A stretch of 64,000 bases of DNA, from contig NW_025765803.1 in NCBI RefSeq assembly GCF_003918875.1, positions 620,001 to 684,000 on the forward strand. The letters are read 5' to 3'. Position numbers and translations under genes: made by a program. The stretch comes from Haliotis rubra. Its lineage: Eukaryota. Of the stretch, positions 39,601 through 50,136 are shown piece by piece. How positions within the stretch are numbered: position 1 is the first letter of the stretch; each line of letters begins with the position of its first letter. The notes under the pieces were generated by a model that did no database searches, was not told the DNA's origin, and saw only the letters and a list, made by a program, of their open reading frames with translations.

Positions 39601-40610
39601 GTATATCTTACCTTGATAGTAGCAGATGTCAGTGTCAATGTCAGGTTATCTTACCTTGGTGGCTGTAGATGTCAGTGTCAGGTATATCTTACCTTGGTGG
39701 CTGTAGATGTCAGTGTCAGGTATATCTTACCTTGGTGGTAGTAGATGTCAGCGTCAGGTATATCTGACCTTGGTGGTAGTAGATGTCAGTGTCAGGTATA
39801 TCTTACCTTGGTTGTAGTAGATGTCAGCGTCAGGTATATCTTACCTTGGTGGCTGTAGATGTCAGTGTCAGGTATATCTTACCTTGGTGGTAGTAGATGT
39901 CTGTGTCAGATATATCTGACCTTGGTGGTAGTAGATGTCAGTGTCAGGTATATCTTACCTTGGCGGTAGTAGATGTCTTTGTCAGGTATATCTGACCTTG
40001 GTGGCTGTAGATGTCAGTGTCAGGTATATCTTACCTTGGTGGTAGTAGATGTCTGTGTCAGATATATCTCACCTTGGTGGTAGTAGATGTCTGTGTCAGG
40101 TATATCTTACCTTGGTGGTAGTAGATGTCTTTGTCAGGTATATCTGACCTTGGTGGCTGTAGATGTCAGTGTCAGGTATATTTTACCTTGGTGGTAGTAG
40201 ATGTCTGTGTCAGATATATCTCACCTTGGTGGCTGTAGATGTCAGTGTCAGGTATATCTTACCTTGGTGGTAATAGATGTCAGTTTCAGGTATATCTTAC
40301 CTTGGCGGTAGTAGATGTCAGTGTCCTGTGTACTGACCACTGCCAGTGTCTGTGGTAGCTCACTGTGGAGGACACACTCTCCTGAGTCTGAATATGCCAC
40401 AGACACACACCCTTCCTCTTGATGACACAGAACAGAACATTCTGCCCGACTGGGAACCGTCGTGTTCCTTACAACGTAATCTGTGGCGGCTTTGTCACTG
40501 AATACAAGGTAAAACACCTCATCCACACATATGCTACTTCCCTGGGTACTTATTAACATACAGTCCAACATGATCAGAACATAGAGAATACATGTTACAC
40601 CATCAGGCAT
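30687..40610 (-). CDS. Secreted protein: PAN/apple domain + Thr-rich mucin-like stalk + FBXL4-N-terminal-like (discoidin-fold) domain, 410 aa
   Basis: Minus-strand exons 40610-40301, 36764-36657, 35519-35157, 33603-33543, 32861-32756, 31698-31522, 30794-30687 join in frame (1233 nt, all GT-AG). Exon 1 has a hydrophobic N-terminus and the PAN pattern ECSVLCHQEEGCVSVAY..GECVLH. Exons 2-3 are poly-Thr. Exons 4-7 give WVKEVLTYSSQ..IGEPDVYPSYG..AW..QYVELKY..VHVYETYRAGAV..EIDAVKLVG, resembling the FBXL4 N-terminal domain motifs (recognised from memory). Confidence 0.82.
35765..36020. repeat. 21-bp minisatellite
   Basis: GCTGGTCACCGTAACCCGATG units. Confidence 0.9.
36838..40325 (-). repeat. 38-bp minisatellite (about 90 units) derived from the exon 1 3' end plus splice donor of the PAN-domain gene
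   Basis: Sense-strand unit GTAAGATATACCTGACACTGACATCTACTACCACCAAG. The first unit overlaps the coding end GACACTGACATCTACTACCGCCAAG|GTAAGA. Confidence 0.95.
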
Positions 40611-41509
40611 GTTTCGAAATTCTTTCAAACTTCAACGTAAATTGTCTCTTAGCGTTGTGCGTGCTTACATCTCCTCGAAAAATAATGTCTCCAAACTGCA
40701 AAGCACTTCAACATCGCCGTTGTTTCGTTTGATCTGCATCACTCATTGGTCGTCGTGTTCACAGTTGACTTGAGAATATCTTTTTATACATGTTTTCCTC
40801 ATTTGAATGATTGGTTCACGCATGACTGGCTTCGCTTTCAGAATTGTTTCAGCAACGCTTAGTGTCATCAGGTGTTCACCAGGTGTCCATCAGGTGGTAA
40901 AGGGTTATAGCGACCTTAGTCTACCTTGGTAGATACGAGATAATCAACCTTTAAAAATATCAGAAAATTTCGTGAATCATTTTATCCATTACAAAGAATA
41001 TATGGCGATGACAGTTGTTCAGTGAACAATGTGAACGAGGCCTGGAACTACTTCATTAAGTACATTACTCTAGAGATTATCAACTTTCCGAAATACACAG
41101 TAAAACAACATGCCTGATTGAACAAGTGTGTTCAGTGACGATATGATAAGCAAACTGAACACACCTGCAAACAAAGAATGCTTTGTGTGATGGCAACATG
41201 TTGATCTTAGTGAGTGGACGCATACAATCACACGTGGTGATAAATATCTTCATAATATCTGAAAGTTCAACTTCCAGAAACACCACATGGCAATCCAATG
41301 TCAATTTACAAAATTACAAGACTGTAGAAGGCTGTTATGAGTTTCTAGAAACTCCAACAAAGGTGTTTACTTGTTAATGGAATTTCATTCGGGTGAGTCG
41401 GGTTGTTCAATCTCTCCTGTGGTCTCGCCGGAACAGCTTGGACTGGATTTCTTGCTTTTTAATATCAGTATGCATTGTGTTTTGGGTATTACAATCTTGA
41501 TCATTTTCT

Positions 41510-42935
41510 GTTGCCAGATGTGGCAGTATTGATGTGGCAGTCTTGCTGTGGCAATCTTGATGTGGCAATCTTCATGTAGCAGTCTTGCTGTGGCTATCTT
41601 TTATGTGGCAGTCTTCATGTGGCCGTCTTGATGTGGCAGTATTGATGTGGCAGTCTTGCTGTGGCAATCTTGATGTGGCAGTCTTGATGTGGCGGCCTTG
41701 CTATGGCTGTCTTGATGTGGCGGTCTTGCTGTGGCAGTATTGCCTTGGCAGTCTTGCTGTGGCGGTCTTGCTGTGGCGGTATTGCCGTGGCTGTCTTGAT
41801 GTTGCGGTCTTGCTGTGGCGGTCTTGCTGTGGCAGTATTGCTATTGCAGTCTTGCTGTGGCGGTCTTGCTGTGGCGGTCTTGATGTGGCGGTCTTGCTGT
41901 GGCAGCATTGCTGTGGCAGTCCTGATGTGGCAATCTTCATGTGGCAGTATTGATGTGGCAGTATTGCCGTAGCAGTCTTGATGTGGCAGTCTTGCTTGGG
42001 CAGTATTGCCGTGGCGGTCTTGATGTGGCGGTCTTGATGTGGTGGTCTTGCTGTGGCAGTCTTGATGTGGCAGTCTTGCTGGGGCAGTATTGCCGTGGCG
42101 GTCTTGATGTGGCGGTCTTGCTGTGGCAGTCTTGCTGTGGTGGTCTTGATGTGGCAGTCTTGCTGTGGTGGTCTTGCTGTGGTTGTCTTGCTGTGACAAT
42201 CTCGCTGTGATGGTCTTGCTGTGGCGGTATTGGTGTGGCAGTATTGCCTTGGCAGTCTTGCTGTGGCGATCTTGCTGTGGCGGTCTTGCTGTGGCAGTAT
42301 TGCTATTGCAGTCTTGCTGTGGCGGTCTTGCTGTGGCGGTCTTGATGTGGCGGTCTTGATGTGGCGGTCTTGCTGTGGCAGCATTGCTGTGGCAGTCCTG
42401 ATGTGGCAATCTTCATGTGGCAGTATTGATGTGGCAGTATTGCCGTAGCAGTCTTGATGTGGCAGTCTTGCTTGGGCAGTATTGCCGTGGCGGTCTTGAT
42501 GTGGCGGTCTTGATGTGGTGGTCTTGCTGTGGCAGTCTTGCTGGGGCAGTATTGCCGTGGCGGTCTTGATGTGGCGGTCTTGCTGTGGCAGTCTTGCTGT
42601 GGTGGTCTTGATGTGGCAGTCTTGCTGTGGTGGTCTTGCTGTGGCAGTCTTAATGTGGCACGATTGCTGTGTCAGTATTGCCATGGCAGTCTTGATGTGG
42701 CGGTCTTGCTGTGGCAGTCTTAATGTGGCACGATTGCTGTGTCAGTATTGCCATGGCAGTCTTGATGTGGCAGTCTTGCTGTGGTGGTCTTGCTGTGGTT
42801 GTCTTGCTGTGACAATCTCGCTGTGATGGTCTTGCTGTGGCGGTATTGGTGTGGCAGTATTGCCGAGGTAGTCTTGATGTGGCGGTCTTGATGTGGTGTT
42901 TTTTCTGTGGCGGTCTTAAAGTGGCAGTCTTGCTT
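41510..42935. repeat. 14-bp minisatellite (about 100 units) with higher-order duplications
   Basis: GTGGC(A/G)GTCTTG(C/A)T units. Confidence 0.92.
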
Positions 42936-44196
42936 CAAGACGGAATGGTGTCATAGTGGTAAGTACGCTTCTGAAACGCCAGCATGAGTGGATCTAATTG
43001 TAAGATGGTTTGTTGAATTGTTCCGAACAATGAGAGCTGACCTTTCGATACGAGTGACGTTACAGAATATGTAAATGTTGGTGAGTAAATGGCGGGGGTG
43101 CCACAGGGGAACCCACAATGTGTTTGTTTTATACCTGGGCTGGCGGGTTTGTAAGAGAATTGTATATTGTTAGCTATATAATTATAAATTGTATATTGTT
43201 AGCTGCTCTGTCACAAGAGATAAATCTACAGAAATATTCTGCAGCTAATAACGCACTTTAAAATCAGTGTCCGGCTTTAATTATATTTGTGGCGGTGTAT
43301 GGTCCTGTGACTCCTGAGAGTTTCTAGGACTTCAATCCTACCCCACAACGAAGTACATGTGATACATGTGGTCTCACCTTAGGCAAGTGAATTTGTTCAA
43401 AATAAAATCATGTGAGTCATGTGGCCTTCTAGCGCCAAACCGGCAGCTTGGGTTATCGGGGGTAATAATTCAGATTCTGATTACAGCGACCATGGAGCTG
43501 TTTAGTCAGATGGATACTAGGCGCTATATAAATGAATTATTATTATATTATTATTTACCGACCTTAAACCTGCAATCCAATATTTAACGAATGAGTGGCA
43601 GTAGAGTTGACCAATGATCAATGATCAATGAGGAGAATGACCAATGAGCAAACGCGTGTGTCTATGTATCCCACCAACCATTAGAATAGAACCGACAAAA
43701 TCCGTTCCACATTCATAAGAAATCTCTGGCAGAGTCGATTGTACACTGGTGACTATAAGCATTATTAATTTTGCTTCAGCACTATTACAGCTTATGATGT
43801 TGTTTGTAAACAAAACGGGTCTGACCCAGACAATCCAGTGATTGTCACCATGTGATACGATGACAGAGCATGTGTTTATGAATCACTATGATGTAGGGAT
43901 GATACCAGGTGAGCGGATCCTGCCCCACCGGTGTCATCCGTCATAAACACATGCTAAGTCTAGTCAATTGTTTACCTGAAATAATTCGGGAACGTATGGT
44001 ATAAGTCATTGGATTTGATCACCTACACCCCGATAGATACGCTCATACGTGTTCCCTTTGTGTGCAGAAACAGAAATATTTCAACACACGCCGAGTGGTC
44101 GGGACAAATAAACGTTATATATCCGTCAGTTCGTTACACGCATGTTCGTCACAAACGGGGTTATTGTATCTTCTGATATCTAAAGTTTGTCACAAC

Positions 44197-44540
44197 AGGA
44201 GTCATGTCTACTAAAAGTGGAGTCACGTATGTGGGGTCACGTCTGTCAAAAATGAGTCACGTATGTGGGGTACGTCTGTCAAAAGAGGAGTCACGTATGT
44301 GGGGTCACGTCTGCCAGAAGAGAAGTCATGTATGTGGGGTCATGTCTGTCAAAACAGGAGTAGCGTCTTTCAAAAGAGGAGGCACGTATGTGGGGTCACG
44401 TCTGTCAAAAGAGGAGTCACGTATGTGAGGTCACGTCTGTCAAAAGAGGAGTCACACGTCTGTCATGTGAGGTCACGTCTGTCTGTCAAAAGAGGAGTCA
44501 AAATAAGAGTCACGTATGTGGGGTCACGTCTGTCAAAAGC
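44197..44540. repeat. 35-bp minisatellite
   Basis: GAGTCACGTATGTGGGGTCACGTCTGTCAAAAGAG units. Confidence 0.88.
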
Positions 44541-45047
44541 CAGCATAGTATCTCTGCCACAGGCCAGAAAAATGTAACGATTCGTCACAGCTTGCAATGT
44601 CCATTCAATATAATGTACAGATTTCTTTTACTCTTTTATTTTTGACGAGTGTACACATCTAACTAATCATCTTTAATAGAATTGTTTAGTTTCACTGAGA
44701 AAATATCCAAAAACATGTAACACTATTTCGATTTGCGTAGTGATCCTTTGTTTACATAGGTTGTACGGCTCCACGTGCTGTCATCGAAGCTGATGGAGAG
44801 CAAACGATGCAGCCAGTTTGATATCTAAATATGTACTGTCATAGACTTTACTGTCGCAGTTGTGGAAGAATATATATAGAACAATGTAAAACGTTATGAA
44901 GAGAGCGCCGAAAAGCTTTCGTGAGTCCAGTCTCTTCTTATTATGAATATGCGCGTTTGATTACAAACAAGAGAAAAGTCCGGTCACGTGATATGCAAAT
45001 TAGCCTGTGGCAGTGATGTTATGTTAGTCATCGCTGTGCCGGAGTGT

Positions 45048-45360
45048 GCAGAGGTCACTGACCCTCTTTTTACAAACATGGAAACGTCATAGAACACAAC
45101 AGATGACGTCACAATTGAACGTGACGACATTCGACCTTGGCCTTTGCCCATACTACCAGCCGCCATTTTTTTCAATGCTCAACAACGTAAGCGTTTAAGT
45201 CGATGTTTTCATTGCTGCATGTTGTAATTTATGGTACACTAGTAAGGAGCAGCGAAAACAATGGCGGCTGGTAGTGTGGGCAAAGGCCAAGGTCGAATGT
45301 CATCATCTGCTTTGTTCTATGATGTTTCCATATTTGCAAAAAGTGGGCCATTGACCTCCG
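45048..45360. mobile_element. Foldback/MITE-like inverted repeat
   Basis: GACATTCGACCTTGGCCTTTGCCCATACTACCAGCCGCCATT (about 45126-45168) is inverted at about 45260-45301, and the arms extend outward about 80 bp. Confidence 0.7.
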
Positions 45361-46365
45361 TCGTTTGTTGAATCAACAGCTGCTGGCTATACAGTAGGTT
45401 TAACCAACTTGTAGCAAGACACTGCATTTACTGGACACATTGGTTGATGGGGTATGGACGATAGATACCACCTACATGTATATATGTACCTTTTCCTGAC
45501 CGATTGAATACCGCAGGGGAATAACAGCTTGCCGCCCTGTATCACATATGGACAAAATCATGTCAGTTTTTAAGCTCGATCGCTGTCAAGCTGCGCAGAA
45601 TGTGAAATATTTTACTCATCCGCGAGACTCCAAAGAATGCGACAGTAAAACACCCCTGAACAGTTTTGTCTTGTTTGACGAGTAGTAGATGTGATCTCAT
45701 TGCCCAAGAACCTCCTTCAAAATTTAAAGTTGTTGTGTGATAACTCTCCCAAAGTCTGGTGTTCGCTACGACTTCGACATTCCAGAGAGAGTTTTTTTTT
45801 TAAGAAAACAGTTAGTGAATTTTAAAAAAATTGTTCTACTTGTCGATACTACTGAAATGTAAGGTCGAATAGTACGTGGTTACCTACCTATAAGTAAAAA
45901 AGCTGATCTTCACATGTGAGATGGCCCAAAGTGATGCGCCCCACGGGACACAAATGACCACTCACCCTGAACATGTTGAAAAACTGCATGCTTTGTAGAG
46001 CGTCCTGTATTTCTGGACAAGGAAAGATTGACTAACTTATCTGACTGGTGGTTAAATTGTCCAAATATCCATTGGCAGTGTGAGAAATAGCCACTGGCCC
46101 GCTAACCCGTGGCTAGTAAAATCCAGTCGGGCCAGTTGATCTCCAAGTCACTGGCCCGACTGGCTAGTGAATTTTCATGGGATCATATTTTTAATATATC
46201 ACTCTCTCCGACTTATAAAGTTATAATGCACTTTTAAATCATGCAAGATTATGGCCTGATAGAGGATGGCATATTAACTTTTTGTAACCTTTCGCTTAGT
46301 TTCTACATTCACGTGTTGGGCTAGGTAATTATTTTGTGGACTTTCAGGAAAACTATTTCGCATAC

Positions 46366-46830
46366 TGTCCATTGGTAGCGTGGCCTTGTTGTCTGTCATT
46401 GGTAGCGTGGCCTTGTTGTCTGTCATTGGTAGCGTGGCCTTGTTGTCTGCCATTGGTAGCGTGGCCTTGTTGTCTGCCATTGGTAGCGTGGCCTTGTTGT
46501 CTGCCATTGGTAGCGTGGCCTTGTTGTCTGCCATTGGTAGCGTGGCCTTGTTGTCTGCCATTGGTAGCGTGGCCTTGTTGTCTGCCATTGGTAGCGTGGC
46601 CTTGTTGTCTGCCATTGGTAGCGTGGCCTTGTTGTCTACCATTGGTTGCGTGGCCTTGTTGTCTACCATTGGTTGCGTGGCCTCGTTGTCTGCCATTGGT
46701 AGCGTAGCCTTGTTGTCTGCCATTGGTGCCATCTCCAGACATCTTTGCCATTGAAGTCTCGAAACAGCATCAGCTATCACATTGTGGTGGATGCTCGTAG
46801 ACTTGGCATGGAAGATGACGTTGGGACATG
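46366..46830 (-). mobile_element. DIRS-like RNase H C-terminal remnant ending in an in-frame 27-bp tandem expansion
   Basis: NVIFHAK..NVIADAVSRLQWQR..APMA resembles the DIRS RT/RNase H end (N.IADALSR.Q). It is followed by about 13 x CCATTGGTAGCGTGGCCTTGTTGTCTG (+ strand). Confidence 0.6.
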
Positions 46831-49800
46831 CTTGAGCGTAAGAAGCTAATGATTGATTTCCTTGATTCATGTTGCGTAGTTGCGAGGATCGTTGCTCATG
46901 CACACTTGAAGGTATGGGTCAGAATTGGTCTTTAGGCACCCATGATCGTCATCAGAGGCGACTAACGGGATCGGGTCGTCAGGCTGGTTGACACATGTTA
47001 CCGCATCCCATTACGTAGATTGATGCTCATTGTGTTGATCACCGGATTGTCTGTTCTAGACTTGATTATTTACAGACCACCACCATATAGCTGGAATATT
47101 GCTGAGTGCGACATTTAACAACATGAAAACAACCCAAACAAACAAATACAGAATTACCACGACACAGGTGTCAATGACACCTGTATGTGATTCAACGAAA
47201 TATGCATGCCATCTAGTGAAAGGAGACCCAGTGGTTATCAACATCCACATTTGGTAGTCACGCCTTTGCCTCAAATTGCCAATAGGCCCGAAACACGGAA
47301 CATCTAAACAACAAAAACAAGTAACGCCCTTCAGTCATGAGAAAAACATGACCTTGACCTAAATGTTTGTCACATGGCCCATAATTTTCTGAGGTAATGG
47401 GTCACGTAAACCATCAGTATTCAAGTCATGATCGTACATATAAATACTCGACAAGTGGTAAGTGTAATAGGCTTCCCTCACAGCGAAAACAGGGTCCATT
47501 GTTTACTCAGCTGTATTGCATGTCAGAGCAGGTAGGTTGTATTGATGAATATTGTTTATATCATGATATTATATACATCTATTGGACCTACGGTGCCCAG
47601 TAGGTGAGTGAGTGAGTGAGGTTAGTTTTACATCGCACTCAACAATAGTCCATCTATATGGCGGCGGTCTGTAAATATTCGAGTCTGGACCACACAATCC
47701 AGTGATCAACAACATGAGCATCGATCTGCGCAATTGGGTGCCCAGTGTCCAGTGGGGCTATTTTCGACTTTGGATGCATATTTCGAGTTGGTCACTCGCC
47801 TACTCGCATACACATATAAACAAGCGCTGGAAACTGAGTCAAAGCAAGCTTCAAGCTTGATAGTGAGATGCCATAAATGTACATGTGCAGTAAGTATAGA
47901 CATAAGGACAATAGCTACTCAGTATCATTTCATATGCAGCACAATTTGTGATTTATTTTATATTCTTTTTGTGCTCATTGACACATTAGATATACACTTG
48001 GACGAACATATATAGGGACATGAGTGAGTATTGTTTTGTGCCGCTTTTAGCAAGGTTGCAGCAGTACCAAGAGTGGATATCGTGGGCCTCATACTATGTA
48101 CAGCCACGTCTGGAGTCAACCCGGTTCTTCTGCGTGACGAGAGAAAGGCTTATACAAGGCTACCACACGTTTAACAATGAGGGAAAAAAATAACCGTTCT
48201 CATCGTGAATATGTCAGATCATTTCATGAAGTTCTTTGACATTTTTGCTTGTGTCTTACACCATGGTGTAATAATAGCCGAAGGTAGAAATTGGCATTTG
48301 ATTTTTTAATTATCAGTTGAACCAAGCTTTGTGGTATCATGTCAATGCATATGGAATTTAATCAAGTAAGACATAATTCAAAGACCCAAATTTTGTGAAT
48401 TAAGAAAACAGAACATTTCTCTGAGTGATTTATTTATATCATAAATCTTGCTGCATAACACGATTGTTTGTATGGACATTGTCAATGCAAGTGCAACGGC
48501 GCTCAGTGCACAGTGCTCACAGCCCCAGCTCTTTCCTTTCAATTGAATATATTCCATAACATGCATTTATACCTAAGGTATAAGTCTGATTATTCAGACC
48601 ATACGTGGGTGTAATGTTTGAAGCCCATTTCTGGTGTCACCCAACGTGATTTTGATGGAACATAGTGATATACCAATGGTTTGTTTATTAGCTTTCAACG
48701 AATCATAAAACGAATCACACTCTCGTGTAGTATTTGCAAAGTAAAGCTCAAGAAAATAGATAGAGGTCCACATGGATGTGTACCGTTGTTCGACTCTTGT
48801 CACACTGTGGCTGAACAAGTGTCTCACTCACTCACACACTTAGGTTCACATTCACTCTCTCAGAGTACATAATTCGAGTGCCACCATCCAGATCCCAGAT
48901 CTTTCTTTTCATAGGAACTATTTCATGTTTATAGTCATGGTATATTTAATATCTGTAGCGTTGTTCTGTAGATGAGCAGCGATCTACACAAGCAACTGAT
49001 TAACGGTGACATGCATCAACCAAATCAGCAGGTCTGACCCGCGGCGTCTGCAACAAGCTTCGTGTGCTGAAGAAGACAAGCAAACCGAAACATGAGTCTC
49101 ATTAACCAATTCAGACAATGACCTACTTTTCAGCCGATCCTAATTTTCTCGTGTGAGAGTGAAAAGAGACACGACAAACATCTGTGGTTACACTGAATTC
49201 CAATTCCTTGTTTCATAAGAAAATGATATTTATAAATTAATTTTAATTTCAAAGTTTAGATAGATCGTATTTCTATATTCTATGTCGAGGTTTAGGCAGC
49301 ATGTCTTTAACTAAGCCGTTACAGACTGCCCCGTTTGAAGAGGTCGTAAAATGATTCACAATTCATCTGGCTCACTGGTTACATCTGTTATGTGTGTTTT
49401 GCGCTCATTCGGTGCATTTGTGTAACGTACAATGTGATTAATATAATATCAAATCCGTACCAGACCGCCAAACCTTTCTAGCGGCAGAGTCTCGTTTTGA
49501 GTTTTCCATGATTTCCGTTTGTCTGTCCGACAGAGCACGCTGCACGACATATTTGCAAGTAGAAGGAGCGTAATGTTGCAATATACAAGTGATTAGATGT
49601 ATCAAATAATACTGATAAATATTTACGTATCCAGTTGAAGGAGTTGGTCTCAAAATTCTGTACTGGTCATTGTACTAAGTTGCGCAATAGAACGGAACCC
49701 AGTCCGCAGGAAACGAGACTGTTGTGTAATCAATGTTTTAACTTGGTAAACAGCGATCTGAGAACCGAGACGACCTGAGTTTGTATGGATATGACTACAT

Positions 49801-50136
49801 GGTAGACAAGGGGCCAACGTGGAATTATAGGTGTGGGCGATAACGTCTTGCAGGGGAAACCTATTATGAACTGAGTATTGGTCAGTTAGACAGAAATACT
49901 TGCAATGATGTTGTGCCACAATGAGTGGATCAGTGGTTGAAACAAATAGTTGTTTGGAAAACATCACCTGACAGTAGATATGCATACATTTATTGTGTAA
50001 AAGGGCGCACATGTCATCTCAAAAAGAATTCCCTTTAAAGCTTGGGCATCACGATCGCTCAGGCCAAAGGTTATCATGTGTGCATCGCACAGTGCTCACT
50101 GGCTATTTCTGTTGCAGAGTGGTTTCCAGAATACAT

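Noticed and set aside
36838-40325. CRISPR-like array (38-bp periodicity; also 53289-56541)
   Set aside because: There are no unique spacers and no cas genes. The units are head-to-tail copies of an exon/intron junction in a eukaryotic gene.
41585-42938. Long ORFs (up to 327 aa) on both strands
   Set aside because: They are translations of a 14-bp minisatellite, with no splice context or domain.
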